A DNA stretch of 64,000 nucleotides. Source: Escherichia phage vB_EcoM_ULIM9. Positions 1-9,994 of this stretch are shown here, piece by piece. Numbering within the stretch: the stretch's first letter is position 1; the number at the start of each line of letters is the position of its first letter. Location of the stretch: the sequence record OQ850288. One strand, 5' to 3'. The position numbers were made by a program, and so were the translations under genes. The notes below the pieces were generated by a model. That model ran no database searches. It was not told the origin of the DNA and was given only the letters and a program-made list of their open reading frames with translations.

Positions 1-1115
1 GCGTGACCAACTGCCATAGCAAACTCATCAGCAGATGCTGTGTAGAACATGTCATAGAGTTTTGGTGCATCTTTGTAAGAGAATAGCAACCAATCTGTAT
101 CATACTGAACACACTGCCAGAAATAATCGTTTGTGCCGAATGAGTAGTCCATCTCATTAATACGTTTAGAAGGAACCGTTGTAGGGTGCTTCAAACGCAG
201 TAAGTCTTCAATCTGCGGGTCTAGCGCAGTGTAGAAGTTATTAGCTGAACCACCACGACTCTTCTGTTTATTTGCCTCTACAGATGAACGTACAAGCTTG
301 TAATAAGGTAGCTTACCCATGTGCTCAATAGTATTTTGACGGATACCATCACCAATAGTGCGAGTCTCCATCAGCATACCAATACCAGCTTGCTTTGTAG
401 TCATATCATAAGCAACCTTTGCAGCAATACCAAGTGATTCAGCAGTATCATTTGCCTTAATCAAACAGCATGACGCATAACCTGATTTAGTTGCTCTTAA
501 ACCGTTTAAATAAGGCGTAGGAGCGTTAATCTTCAGGTCAGATAGGTAAGTGTACAGCTTGATAACATCTTGCAGTCTACGGTGCTTTGGTTGCTTCTCA
601 AAGGCTTTCATAGCCATACCCATAAACATAAATTGTGGTGACTCAAAAAGTCTTCCAGTTTTAATATCACGGATACCATACTTGTCTCTGAACTGTTTCA
701 ATACTGCATAGCCGTAAGAGATATCTTTTGAGTGTACGATGTAACCTTGCAGATATTCAAGCTCTTCCTGTGAATAATCCATCTTCTCCCAAAGTCCTGC
801 TCTCTCCATATTTTTAACGAAGGTAATCAGCGTAGGAACCTTAGTAAAGCCTCCAAAGGCTTCTTTGTAGATAATCCCCAGAAGTAGCCGTCCAGCCATA
901 TCTGAGTACTCTTGAGTTTGTTTATCAACACAAACATCAATCATGGCTTGGTGCATCTCTTTTGTAGTACAACCCTCATAGACACGTTTCATAGCTTCCA
1001 TAGTGACTTCTGACCAGATAATTCCACGCTTATCTGCCCATGATGCCCACTTATTCAGTCTTTCTGGGTCAAAGCTTACCACTGTACCATTTGATTTTTT
1101 AATTGTCTTAATCAT
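1..1115 (-). CDS. nrdA: ribonucleotide reductase large subunit (class I), N-terminal part; gene continues beyond window start
   Basis: Open minus-strand frame from ATG at 1113-1115 (MIKTIKKSNGT...) to the window edge; hand-translated segment KVAYDMTTKQAGIGMLMETRT fits the conserved NrdA core; absent from ORF track because no stop lies inside the window. Confidence 0.75.
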   Translation of the reverse strand, partial: MIKTIKKSNGTVVSFDPERLNKWASWADKRGIIWSEVTMEAMKRVYEGCTTKEMHQAMIDVCVDKQTQEYSDMAGRLLLGIIYKEAFGGFTKVPTLITFVKNMERAGLWEKMDYSQEELEYLQGYIVHSKDISYGYAVLKQFRDKYGIRDIKTGRLFESPQFMFMGMAMKAFEKQPKHRRLQDVIKLYTYLSDLKINAPTPYLNGLRATKSGYASCCLIKANDTAESLGIAAKVAYDMTTKQAGIGMLMETRTIGDGIRQNTIEHMGKLPYYKLVRSSVEANKQKSRGGSANNFYTALDPQIEDLLRLKHPTTVPSKRINEMDYSFGTNDYFWQCVQYDTDWLLFSYKDAPKLYDMFYTASADEFAMAVGH

Positions 1116-1161
1116 TTTCGAATCCTACAGGTGAAAAGAGCCTCCGAAGAGGCTCCCTAGT

Positions 1162-1497
1162 TTAAATCTTGAAAATTTGCTCATTCTGCCACATATCGTA
1201 AAACTTATCACTTACCTTTGTGATTGACGATGTGTGCATACAATTCAGGAACCATGATGGCGTGTGGTTATCCATAACTGTTTCAAGCTTTTGTGTAACA
1301 TTCACATCCATGTCTGCAACAACGTAATTACCTCGTATCTTGCAAACAATTCTTCCAAACAAGATTGCACTTCTTCCCCTTCGGTCGTCACAGTACATCA
1401 CTGTATCCCCGTGCTTGACATCTTGTCCGATACTATCAACACCTAATTTAGCACCTGAGATAATGTCATCATAAGATAGATTTTTTGCTTTAGACAC
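1162..1497 (-). CDS. hypothetical protein (111 aa)
   Basis: ORF track; same-strand tight packing with neighbours. Confidence 0.5.
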   Translation of the reverse strand: MSKAKNLSYDDIISGAKLGVDSIGQDVKHGDTVMYCDDRRGRSAILFGRIVCKIRGNYVVADMDVNVTQKLETVMDNHTPSWFLNCMHTSSITKVSDKFYDMWQNEQIFKI

Positions 1498-1822
1498 GGT
1501 ATTTCTCCAAGTTTCTTTTTAGATACAACCAACCATAGTCAGTCCTTTCTACACCCATAAAGAGTGGAGCCATCACAACTTTACCGAAAGTATTCCTGTG
1601 TTGGCAGATTTCAAAGGAATACTCTTTCTCAATATCAATCCCGTATTTGTACAGGACTGCTTTTAAAACTTGTTCATTGTCCAGAAGTGTATCTGGAGTC
1701 TCACCATACTTCTCAAGTAACGGGTCATACATAAACACCGTCATAGAAATATTGTAGTTTGAGAAGTGGCTCTTCTGAGCCACACCCTCTTTATTAATGT
1801 TCTGTGAATCCATTATAACCAA
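1490..1822 (-). CDS. hypothetical protein (110 aa)
   Basis: ORF track; overlaps neighbours by a few nt in operon-like fashion. Confidence 0.5.
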   Translation of the reverse strand: MVIMDSQNINKEGVAQKSHFSNYNISMTVFMYDPLLEKYGETPDTLLDNEQVLKAVLYKYGIDIEKEYSFEICQHRNTFGKVVMAPLFMGVERTDYGWLYLKRNLEKYRV

Positions 1823-2549
1823 CCCCTTTTAACCAGCACTTCAGGTTATTAGCATCATAATTCAGTTTCGGGTATGAGGTTACATGGAACTGCTCACCAT
1901 CATAATAGACAATATCTGCAATCCATAGTCCATTCTCTTTACAGAAGTCTTTATCTGCTTTAGAGGTAATTGGATTAACTTCTACAAAACCATCTACACC
2001 CAAATCCTTTAAGCTACCTACAATACCTTTGCAGATAACGCATGTCTCAGATACTACCACAAAAAGTTCTTGGCTTTCAAGTTCTACAATGTATTCGCCA
2101 AGCTGTACTTTAGGGAGGTTCGATTGCTTCATAACCTTTCCATCGGCTGCACGAACAATCGCATACCATTCTTTACCATCAACTACTGACATTCTGATAA
2201 TACACTCTTGACCAGTGCGCTTTTCAATGTCTGCAAGACGTTTTAAAGCTTCTTCATAGTCATCTGTGTACTTCAGGTCATTATTATGGCAAACAGCTTT
2301 CATAGCACCGTTATGGTCATGCTGTGACAGGTAAATCAAACCATCAAGAACATATTGCAAATCTGCCTGAGCATCCAGTGTCTCAATGGGGTCTTTCTCT
2401 TCAATTGCTTTTACAAGCTCTTTTGCTTCTTCAAGCATACACAGAGACTGGGATTTTAAAGACTCCCAATACTCATCACTGTAAGGTTGCTTTTGAGTGT
2501 TTCCACAACGAAGATTCCAGTTTTTTACTGCTTCTCTTGAGTTAAACAT
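1794..2549 (-). CDS. hypothetical protein with MazG-like (NTP pyrophosphohydrolase) N-terminal motif
   Basis: 251 aa; segment EEAKELVKAIEEKDPIETLDAQADLQYVLDGLIY resembles the acidic EExxE...D...L helix pair of MazG-type NTP-PPases; weak motif-level call. Confidence 0.3.
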   Translation of the reverse strand: MFNSREAVKNWNLRCGNTQKQPYSDEYWESLKSQSLCMLEEAKELVKAIEEKDPIETLDAQADLQYVLDGLIYLSQHDHNGAMKAVCHNNDLKYTDDYEEALKRLADIEKRTGQECIIRMSVVDGKEWYAIVRAADGKVMKQSNLPKVQLGEYIVELESQELFVVVSETCVICKGIVGSLKDLGVDGFVEVNPITSKADKDFCKENGLWIADIVYYDGEQFHVTSYPKLNYDANNLKCWLKGVGYNGFTEH

Positions 2550-2787
2550 TTGGACTCCTTAAAAATCTGTTAACCTTTAGCTCTCGTGTTTCAATATATT
2601 CCAGATGCTCACGTAACTCTTGACGTTTAAGCATTAGGTGTTGCATTTGAGATTCAACAGCTTCAACTTCTTTAATTATTGACTCTCTGGCATTTGCAAG
2701 AATGCGCTCAAGTTCTTCAATCTTGCTGTCAACCTTTGCTACATGACTCACAGCTTTACTTTTGTTAAACATTTTATTCTCTCTCAA
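2542..2787 (-). CDS. hypothetical coiled-coil protein (81 aa)
   Basis: ORF track; charged heptad-like sequence. Confidence 0.4.
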   Translation of the reverse strand: MRENKMFNKSKAVSHVAKVDSKIEELERILANARESIIKEVEAVESQMQHLMLKRQELREHLEYIETRELKVNRFLRSPNV

Positions 2788-2793
2788 TAGTTA

Positions 2794-3294
2794 TCAAGCA
2801 CAATTCGCTTTCATTACCTTATGGATTCTTTTTTCAGCATCTTCATAAGTTTCTTTAGTAATAAACTTAATTGCTGCAATATTGGCATTGTAGAAGAGTC
2901 TGAGCTTAGAGTCAATCCTTTTTGTCATTACATCGAATTTATGTTGGAGGTTTGCTTCACCATAAACTAGACCACCTTTCGTGTAGTAGGTTTGTATAAT
3001 GTAAAAGTCAAAAAATTCTTTTCCAAAGCTCTCAATATCCTTTTTAATATACTCAGAAGAAGTCTCATAAGTCATCCAATCACTTTCCTTAGTGACTATC
3101 TTCTTCCGAGTCTTCCCAGCAACTTTTCTTTTAGTAACACTGTTAAACTGTTTCTTACCCAAATAATACTGTCCAGTCTTTTTGCAGTACACTAGGTAGA
3201 CAAAACCAAAGTGCTTTGCTGGGTCAACTTCACCACATAGTGAAATCCAATGTCCATATTCAGGGCAATTGCCAAAACCTTTTATTTTTCTCAT
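2794..3294 (-). CDS. putative GIY-YIG family nuclease
   Basis: 166 aa; N-terminal FGFVYLVYCKKTGQYYLGKK fits the GIY...YIG pattern; lies beside an HNH endonuclease gene. Confidence 0.4.
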   Translation of the reverse strand: MRKIKGFGNCPEYGHWISLCGEVDPAKHFGFVYLVYCKKTGQYYLGKKQFNSVTKRKVAGKTRKKIVTKESDWMTYETSSEYIKKDIESFGKEFFDFYIIQTYYTKGGLVYGEANLQHKFDVMTKRIDSKLRLFYNANIAAIKFITKETYEDAEKRIHKVMKANCA

Positions 3295-3806
3295 TCATCA
3301 CCTTTATTAGCAAACTCTTTGTGTAAACGTTGACGTTCCCTATTTACAACCTCTGCTGCTTCAGCAATCGTGTCATAGTTGCCGAAGAAGTAAACCCTCT
3401 TCTTAAAAGTTATCTGTGTAGCCCACTTACCATACTGTTTATTGTAGTACACACCTTTAACACCTGATTTATTGTTCTTATTGAGCAATCTATTACATTG
3501 GTTCTCTGATAACGTACATGCTCTAAGATTTACCCAGCGATTATCTAATGTTACATGATTTTTATGGTCAACACACTCAGGGAGGTAACCATCCATATAC
3601 AGAACAGCTAGTGTATGTGCATAATAACCCTTACCAAACAAATAAATTCTGATGTAACCTTTTAAGTTTGTACCTGCAACAGAGCCAATTTTTGTGTGTC
3701 TAGCAGACTTCTTAATCCAAGTAAAGACCCCTGTTTCGGGGTCATAGTGCAGGTATTCTTTAAGAGTTTGTTGGGTTAACATTTGGTGTCCATCCATACT
3801 TGTCAA
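3291..3806 (-). CDS. HNH homing endonuclease with AP2-like DNA-binding domain
   Basis: YLHYDPETGVFTW N-terminus, HNH core ...CVDHKNHVTLDNRWVNLR..., AP2-like GVKGVYYNKQYGKWATQI; true start probably an internal Met (about 3782) because the 5' end overlaps the exonuclease gene. Confidence 0.7.
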   Translation of the reverse strand: MTSMDGHQMLTQQTLKEYLHYDPETGVFTWIKKSARHTKIGSVAGTNLKGYIRIYLFGKGYYAHTLAVLYMDGYLPECVDHKNHVTLDNRWVNLRACTLSENQCNRLLNKNNKSGVKGVYYNKQYGKWATQITFKKRVYFFGNYDTIAEAAEVVNRERQRLHKEFANKGDE

Positions 3807-4806
3807 AAGTGAAATCGTCTTTCTTGTTTCTTTCCTGATAAGCTAAGAAAAAGTGTTGCTGCATTAACTCTAAAGGTGTTCTGGTAATTGTTTGACCATC
3901 CCATGATACATAAGTGTATGACTCTTTCTTAGCATAAAGTTCATAGATAGCATCAAGACACTCTTTATAAGTATTTTTACCTTCAAGGGCTTTCATTACA
4001 GTAGCCTTACCAACGCCCTTTAAACCAAAATAATTATCAGCATTGTCACCAGCCACAGCTTGATAACAAAGGAATTTAAAACCTACACCAACTGTCTTCT
4101 TAGCTTTTGGTGTTGATTTTATTGGGCAATCCCAAATTTCACCTACGTTGTTGTCAGCAATGAAAATCAAAGGCGACTTTTCATAGGTCATATCAATGCA
4201 GTAAGTCCCTTCAGCTTGGCGAAGGTCTTTATCAATACTCATCAAGGCAGCCTTTTTACCCATCTTTTCAGCTTTAGCAATAACGATAGAATCGGCTTCA
4301 AATCCATCAAGAATTAGTTTGAACTCTGGTCTTGACAGAAGGTATTCACGACAAGCGACTAAGTGTGTTGGTGTGACGGCATCTTTACGGTTACCTTGAT
4401 ATTGGTGCTCAAGACCTTTAATGTCTTTATGCTTATGTACACCTTTCTCTGTTAAATAACCTACCCAAGTTCTCTCTTTACCAACCACCTTAAGCCATTC
4501 CTGAAGAACCTGTTGAGTAGCCATGATAGCTTCTTTTTCACTCTTAGCTTCTTTCCAAGTCTGTCTTTCCCATTCATCTTCATCAAATGTCAGGCCAAGT
4601 TCTTCCACAAGGATTCTCTGGTCTGCTAACCATCTTGCAGCATCTTTCGCATTATCAAATGGCTCAGACTCTTCTGCTGTGAGTTTATTGACATATTTAT
4701 ATTTTGCTTTCTCAACTACACAAGCCCCTTTATAGGCAATACTATCAGAGTCAATAAAGACATGTGTAACTGAATCGGGAAGCTTTGTTAATGTGTACTT
4801 CTCCAT
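3760..4806 (-). CDS. 5'-3' exonuclease / flap endonuclease (RNase H-like)
   Basis: 348 aa; acidic active-site clusters (VFIDSDSIAYKG, AGDNADNYFGLKGVGKAT helix-3-turn-helix motif) typical of phage FEN/RNase H. Confidence 0.7.
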   Translation of the reverse strand: MEKYTLTKLPDSVTHVFIDSDSIAYKGACVVEKAKYKYVNKLTAEESEPFDNAKDAARWLADQRILVEELGLTFDEDEWERQTWKEAKSEKEAIMATQQVLQEWLKVVGKERTWVGYLTEKGVHKHKDIKGLEHQYQGNRKDAVTPTHLVACREYLLSRPEFKLILDGFEADSIVIAKAEKMGKKAALMSIDKDLRQAEGTYCIDMTYEKSPLIFIADNNVGEIWDCPIKSTPKAKKTVGVGFKFLCYQAVAGDNADNYFGLKGVGKATVMKALEGKNTYKECLDAIYELYAKKESYTYVSWDGQTITRTPLELMQQHFFLAYQERNKKDDFTFDKYGWTPNVNPTNS

Positions 4807-4868
4807 TATGGCTCTCCATATGAAAAAGCCCCATACTAAGTACAGGGCTTTAAAGTAACTTTTAGAGA

Positions 4869-5726
4869 TTAATCTTCTGTATCGAAGTCTTCATCTTCTT
4901 CGTCATCTGGGTCTGGCAAGTCTTCATCATCGCCATCATCAGAATTATTCGAAGGTTTGTGGTCTGTTGCGTCTTCTTCAGTGATTTCACCGTTATCTTC
5001 AACACCATCAAGACCAAGCATAGCCAGTTCGTCTTCATCCAGTTCAGGTTCACCATTAGCACCGTTACCACCAGTGTAAGGTACAAGAGTATCAATGATA
5101 AACTGTTCCTGAATAGGTTTTGTCAGAACATTGTTCTCAAAAGTGTAGAAGTGAGTAGAAAGAATCACACTACCAAAAGAACCGTTACCAACTGCAATAT
5201 CTGGATGAATTACATCATAGTTCTTGTCATCTTCATGTTTATCAGATGCTTGAGCTTTGATTTTCTTCATTGGCTGCTTAACAGCTACACGCTTACCATT
5301 TACTTCTTCAATCAGCATTACAGGGAATGACTGTTTAGCTGTCCATACAGCACCATCCTTATAAGCTGCTGCACGACTTACTTTCAAGATGTAGTAAGTG
5401 TCTGCTTCAAATGGTGGTTTGCAGCCAAACTTCTCTTCGAAGTCATCTGCATCAACTGCTTCAGTAGTAACTTTATCCCACCCTTCTGGATTTTTCTTAG
5501 ACTTAGTAAACTCTTTAAAGAGCTTGTTACCGTCTTCTGCCAGAATTGATACGCTGTAGTTACAGTCTTTTCCTGGGAATTTCTTATCAATTGATTTACC
5601 TTTTCCCGGACGTGGTGAAGTGTTCAGGTAATAAAACCAGACATCTTTCAGCAGGTAACGCAGAGTTTGACGTTCAGTACCGTTGTACTTCTCTACCGGA
5701 GCTTTCATTTTAACAACTTTAGACAT
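4869..5726 (-). CDS. putative single-stranded DNA-binding protein with acidic C-terminal tail
   Basis: 285 aa; C-terminal 40 residues almost entirely D/E ending DEDFDTED, as in phage SSBs; sits in the replication module. Confidence 0.4.
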   Translation of the reverse strand: MSKVVKMKAPVEKYNGTERQTLRYLLKDVWFYYLNTSPRPGKGKSIDKKFPGKDCNYSVSILAEDGNKLFKEFTKSKKNPEGWDKVTTEAVDADDFEEKFGCKPPFEADTYYILKVSRAAAYKDGAVWTAKQSFPVMLIEEVNGKRVAVKQPMKKIKAQASDKHEDDKNYDVIHPDIAVGNGSFGSVILSTHFYTFENNVLTKPIQEQFIIDTLVPYTGGNGANGEPELDEDELAMLGLDGVEDNGEITEEDATDHKPSNNSDDGDDEDLPDPDDEEDEDFDTED

Positions 5727-5798
5727 TATTTAAACCTCTATCTCAATTTATGAAGAGTACCAATTCTAATTTGTTGATACTCTATTGTCAAACATTAA

Positions 5799-5948
5799 TT
5801 ACTGGAAGTTGTGCTTATCTTTAGAAGCTGCTTTACGTGCAGTTTTTCCAGTTCTTACACGTTTTTCTTCATAGTATTTTGCTGGTTTTCCAGCAGTGGC
5901 TTTTAAGGAATCCCCAAAAACTTTTTCAAATGCTTTAGAGTGTTTCAT
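5799..5948 (-). CDS. small basic protein (49 aa), below ORF-track size cutoff
   Basis: Hand translation MKHSKAFEKVFGDSLKATAGKPAKYYEEKRVRTGKTARKAASKDKHNFQ; ATG at 5946-5948 overlaps the stop of the upstream gene (ATGA). Confidence 0.35.
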   Translation of the reverse strand: MKHSKAFEKVFGDSLKATAGKPAKYYEEKRVRTGKTARKAASKDKHNFQ

Positions 5949-6238
5949 GATATTCTCCGATATACTTGATATTCAAACACATTTTCTTTCATTATAAACA
6001 GCCAACCAATATTATGCTGAGGCAGTGTAATGATGACTGTAATCATACTTTGATGGAACTGTTGTTCTATTTCAACTTCTCCATCGCATTTCATGTGGAG
6101 CATTCTATAGAACCTATCAATCTTTGTCAAACACTCTTCATGAAATTTATTTAAACTTTTTTCTTCAAATAAGGGTGTGAACCCCTCTCTTTTATAGCTA
6201 TCACTCAGTTTCGAACGGGCAGTCATCTGCATCCTCAC
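5945..6238 (-). CDS. hypothetical protein (97 aa)
   Basis: ORF track; start overlaps primase-helicase 3' end. Confidence 0.35.
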   Translation of the reverse strand: MRMQMTARSKLSDSYKREGFTPLFEEKSLNKFHEECLTKIDRFYRMLHMKCDGEVEIEQQFHQSMITVIITLPQHNIGWLFIMKENVFEYQVYRRIS

Positions 6239-8192
6239 TTAATACAGGTGGAATCGTTGAGCTTTGACGCTGCTCTTCAGTATAGACTTCACCAGTCTCA
6301 CGGTCAAACACTTCATCCTCATAATGTGGCAAAGAGTCATCGTAATGGTCTTCAGCTTCACCAATACCAAACTGTTGGCGAATATTTTCTGCTGCACCAT
6401 CAATGTCAACTCCACAACCAGAGGCTTTAATGAGACGTCCTGTATCTGGATTGTACCAAGTATGACCAGCAATACCTGTTGACTTACCGTGACGACGGCA
6501 TTTAGTTAACTTGATTTTTGTCAAGTTTTTCTTAACAGGGTCTGGGTCAACCTTGTTACGCATTAACAGAATGTTGTTCATAGAAATCTGGAAATACGCA
6601 CCAGAACCTTTAATATCCTCTTCAGAGATATCTCCACCTTCGGAGTTAGCCTTCTGACCACCTGCACTCTTACGAACGTGACAGACGTTCACCTGTGCAT
6701 ACTGGTAGCGTTTGCAACGACGCAATAGCTCAGACAAAACTTCTTCTTCATCCGTATCAGAACGTGACAGGGCTAACGTGATAGGGTCAAGAATGATAAT
6801 CTTACAGTCTAAACTGTTAACAAGATAGTCAACAAACTCTAGCAGGTTATCTTGGTCAATTGCCCCTTGATGGTCTACGATGTGGATACGACGACCTTTA
6901 GACAGTTCTGCGTGTGCTTCCTTCAATTCATCCCAATCACGTTCGTCATAAGGAATCTCAGAAATCTGCTTGCTCAGGTGGATTGCACAAAGCATCTCCA
7001 TCAACTCTTCATAGGTATCTTCTACAGGAATTACACCAATATTGTAATCGGTATCTTTCCAAGCAGTATAAATCATTTCACGAGTGTATGCAGATTTACC
7101 CACTGAAGATGGTGCTGCCAGAGTTGTAATCTCACCTAAACCGTAACCACCATAAGTCAGTCTGTTCAAATCCCCGAAAGATTCTGGGAAAGGAATCAAT
7201 GGAATCTGACCACGATTCTTCATTGCCTCAAAACCATCTGCGAAGTTCTTGATACCAGCAGGACAGTAACGAGGTGCATTGTAGATACGCTGCTTAAACC
7301 CCTCCAGAACTGTATCTTTCTCTTTATAGAACTTTGTCCACCACTCGTTAAGGTCTTTTACACCTTCTGGATACTGGAATAAACGAACCTTCTCAATAGG
7401 TAGGATACCAGCAGCCTCTTTAGTGGCTTTAGCACCTGCTTCATCGTTATCAAAGCACAAGTAAATCTCATCAAATGATGTAATGTACTGATAGTTATCC
7501 TTGATAGACTTGATGTTTGCACCTGATGGAACAGATACGTGACAGTAATTCTTACGACGAGACTTATCTTTAATCGCAAGAGAAGTCATATAGATTGCTG
7601 TCGCACATTCCATCTCACCTTCCCAGATGAATAGACGGTTACCACCTTCTGGAGCAATCCATGAACCGAACATTGCCAGTTCGCCTTTAATGTCTCCAAC
7701 ACCACCTGAGAAGTCTTTTAGCTTACCTCGTAGGTGTTCTTTTGGATGGTCTTCTGGATAGCGATGACGTACACGGTAGCCAACGTGCTCTAGCTTACCA
7801 TCTTCATTACGTTTGTAAGTTGGATAGAAATGCGCATCAATTTCACCGTCACTGTCAATGTCAACCTTGATACCCAATCGCTCAAGAACTTTTGCAGGAA
7901 TCTTCCTGTCTTTTAAGTCCATTGCTTCAAGGTTTTCTTTTACATCGTCTAAATCCATTCCACGGAAAGTACGGTTTTTATTGTCTGAACCAGTAGAATA
8001 AGTGCTCACGATTTGTCCTTTATCAAAATCCCACTCTGGGAAACCTTTGTTACAACTAAAGCAAGTCATTGAATAAGAATCATCGTCATGATGATAGATT
8101 GAACCAGCATCTGATGAACCACAACGTGGACATGCGCAATGACCAACAAACTGACCAGCCTCTTTCAATTTACGACCTTTAGACATTAGCAC
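6201..8192 (-). CDS. DNA primase/helicase (T7 gp4-like)
   Basis: 663 aa; N-terminal zinc ribbon (CPRCGSSD...CFSCNKG), TOPRIM-like LCFDNDEAGAKATKEA, helicase Walker A LAAPSSVGKSAYT and Walker B IIILDPIT. Confidence 0.8.
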   Translation of the reverse strand: MLMSKGRKLKEAGQFVGHCACPRCGSSDAGSIYHHDDDSYSMTCFSCNKGFPEWDFDKGQIVSTYSTGSDNKNRTFRGMDLDDVKENLEAMDLKDRKIPAKVLERLGIKVDIDSDGEIDAHFYPTYKRNEDGKLEHVGYRVRHRYPEDHPKEHLRGKLKDFSGGVGDIKGELAMFGSWIAPEGGNRLFIWEGEMECATAIYMTSLAIKDKSRRKNYCHVSVPSGANIKSIKDNYQYITSFDEIYLCFDNDEAGAKATKEAAGILPIEKVRLFQYPEGVKDLNEWWTKFYKEKDTVLEGFKQRIYNAPRYCPAGIKNFADGFEAMKNRGQIPLIPFPESFGDLNRLTYGGYGLGEITTLAAPSSVGKSAYTREMIYTAWKDTDYNIGVIPVEDTYEELMEMLCAIHLSKQISEIPYDERDWDELKEAHAELSKGRRIHIVDHQGAIDQDNLLEFVDYLVNSLDCKIIILDPITLALSRSDTDEEEVLSELLRRCKRYQYAQVNVCHVRKSAGGQKANSEGGDISEEDIKGSGAYFQISMNNILLMRNKVDPDPVKKNLTKIKLTKCRRHGKSTGIAGHTWYNPDTGRLIKASGCGVDIDGAAENIRQQFGIGEAEDHYDDSLPHYEDEVFDRETGEVYTEEQRQSSTIPPVLSEDADDCPFETE

Positions 8193-8379
8193 CTCTTCGT
8201 TGTAGTTCTGCCTTCAATCCGTTTTCAATCTTGTCCAGTTCATGAATTTCATCTGCAATCTCTTTCCTTCGTGATTCAACTCTCTTAAGACGTTCAATCA
8301 TTACCTCATTGGAAAGAGATGAGAGTTCCACTAAACGGTGGTCAATAACTTTAAAATTGTCTTTTACTCTCATCTTCAT
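8179..8379 (-). CDS. hypothetical protein (66 aa)
   Basis: ORF track. Confidence 0.35.
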   Translation of the reverse strand: MKMRVKDNFKVIDHRLVELSSLSNEVMIERLKRVESRRKEIADEIHELDKIENGLKAELQRRGANV

Positions 8380-8387
8380 TCTCTCTT

Positions 8388-9131
8388 TTAAACTTTAATG
8401 ATGGCTCTTAGCTTGTTCTCAAGGTCTGCAAGAGTACCATTATTATGAATAATGTCACGCTCATATTTTGTAGAAATCCCATTTTCTGAAACATGTGATG
8501 AAACTTTGTCCACATTGTCTCTTTTTACTTCAATAGTTTGGTGTGCAAATCTACTCAGCCATTCAGCTTCAGAGTCAAATCTTAAATCACTGATTAAGAC
8601 AAAACCATATTGATTTCTGAGTGAGCACATTTCATGGAATCTAACCATTCTTTTTTCAAGGTCTTTAGACCAGAACTTGTCGCCCATAACTTTACGGATA
8701 ACTTCAGTACCCCAAATCTGTTGAATTTGTCTTGATGAGAATTTATACTTTTTGCTAAACCCCAGACGTGTCAATAGAGTCGGTTTAGCAACCTTCTTAA
8801 GCTCCATGATTAATCGTCCGGTTAACTCTGACATAAGCTTGAAGTCCATATGGTAACGTTCATCTCTGAAGGTGAACTCCATAGCTTCCGTAACTTTAAA
8901 CATCAGTTCAGGATATGATAAGTCAAAAACCTGCGGAGCCTCTTTAGTTTCACCGTACAGGTCATTCCAAGTCAAGTCAAATATCTTTGATGCAGATAGT
9001 TTAAGGTTGTCTGCAAAGGCCATTACTTCAACATTGTAGCCATACTCATCCTCTAAGATGTTCTTCACAATAGAACATGAGGTGTCTTTTCCAGAACGTG
9101 CCTTTCCAGTAAATGCGATAATATTACTCAT
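8388..9131 (-). CDS. deoxynucleoside monophosphate kinase-like P-loop protein
   Basis: 247 aa; N-terminal P-loop IAFTGKARSGKDT as in phage dNMP kinases. Confidence 0.55.
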   Translation of the reverse strand: MSNIIAFTGKARSGKDTSCSIVKNILEDEYGYNVEVMAFADNLKLSASKIFDLTWNDLYGETKEAPQVFDLSYPELMFKVTEAMEFTFRDERYHMDFKLMSELTGRLIMELKKVAKPTLLTRLGFSKKYKFSSRQIQQIWGTEVIRKVMGDKFWSKDLEKRMVRFHEMCSLRNQYGFVLISDLRFDSEAEWLSRFAHQTIEVKRDNVDKVSSHVSENGISTKYERDIIHNNGTLADLENKLRAIIKV

Positions 9132-9192
9132 TTTATCTCCCTTAATTACTAAAAAGCCCCCAACTAAGGAGGCTTGTAAGATTTATAAAGAC

Positions 9193-9993
9193 TTAGTGCA
9201 GTTGCTCAGCATACTCTTTTTCAGCCATAGCTGAGATTTGCTTCACAAAATCATCACCGAAGTTAATGCGTAGTTTCTCTTCAATGATGGAAGCACCAAT
9301 GTTCACCAAAACATCATTGATTGCTTGCATACTGACGCCACCAGTCATCTCTTCAATGAACTCAATACTCACACCCATCATCTGTGAAAGTTGGATTAGT
9401 GCAACGATATTCATCATCGTAGAGATAGCTGGAATCATCAGTGCAACTTTCACCTGAAGCGGTTCTATATCAGCTACAGAGTCATTCTCAACAGCTTCTT
9501 CCAAAGACTCTTTAGTTTGCTGGATAATCTCCTTGATTCGTGGGTTTAGTTCTTCTACACCCCAATCAAGTTTTTCATATCGTGACAACTTCTCTTCCAT
9601 TCGCTTCTCAAGAGCAGCCATAACAGAACTGGTTGATGAAATTAACAGGTCAATTAGCTCATCATTACCTGCGAGTAGTAGCAAGTCTTTTTCTTCAGTG
9701 GTCATGGCAATATAGTCATTTTTCTGCATCTCATAAAAAATGAACTCTGCAAGAGCATCAACACCTACAACGATAGATGCTAAAGCAAGTGTTTTGTCGC
9801 AAAGCATCATGTTAACCTGTTCTGCAAAAGCACCGTTATCAGACTTGTCTTCAGGCAAGTTATAGCTTGAAGGCATAAACTGTTCTGTGTAGTTGTTGCC
9901 ACGAAGAATCATAGCCATGCTTTCTACGGCATTGATTAAGAATGCTTCATCAACACCTTTCTCTTCAAGCATCTTTTCTACATCGATATTCAT
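9193..9993 (-). CDS. hypothetical protein (266 aa)
   Basis: ORF track; no motif recognised. Confidence 0.5.
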   Translation of the reverse strand: MNIDVEKMLEEKGVDEAFLINAVESMAMILRGNNYTEQFMPSSYNLPEDKSDNGAFAEQVNMMLCDKTLALASIVVGVDALAEFIFYEMQKNDYIAMTTEEKDLLLLAGNDELIDLLISSTSSVMAALEKRMEEKLSRYEKLDWGVEELNPRIKEIIQQTKESLEEAVENDSVADIEPLQVKVALMIPAISTMMNIVALIQLSQMMGVSIEFIEEMTGGVSMQAINDVLVNIGASIIEEKLRINFGDDFVKQISAMAEKEYAEQLH

Positions 9994-9994
9994 A

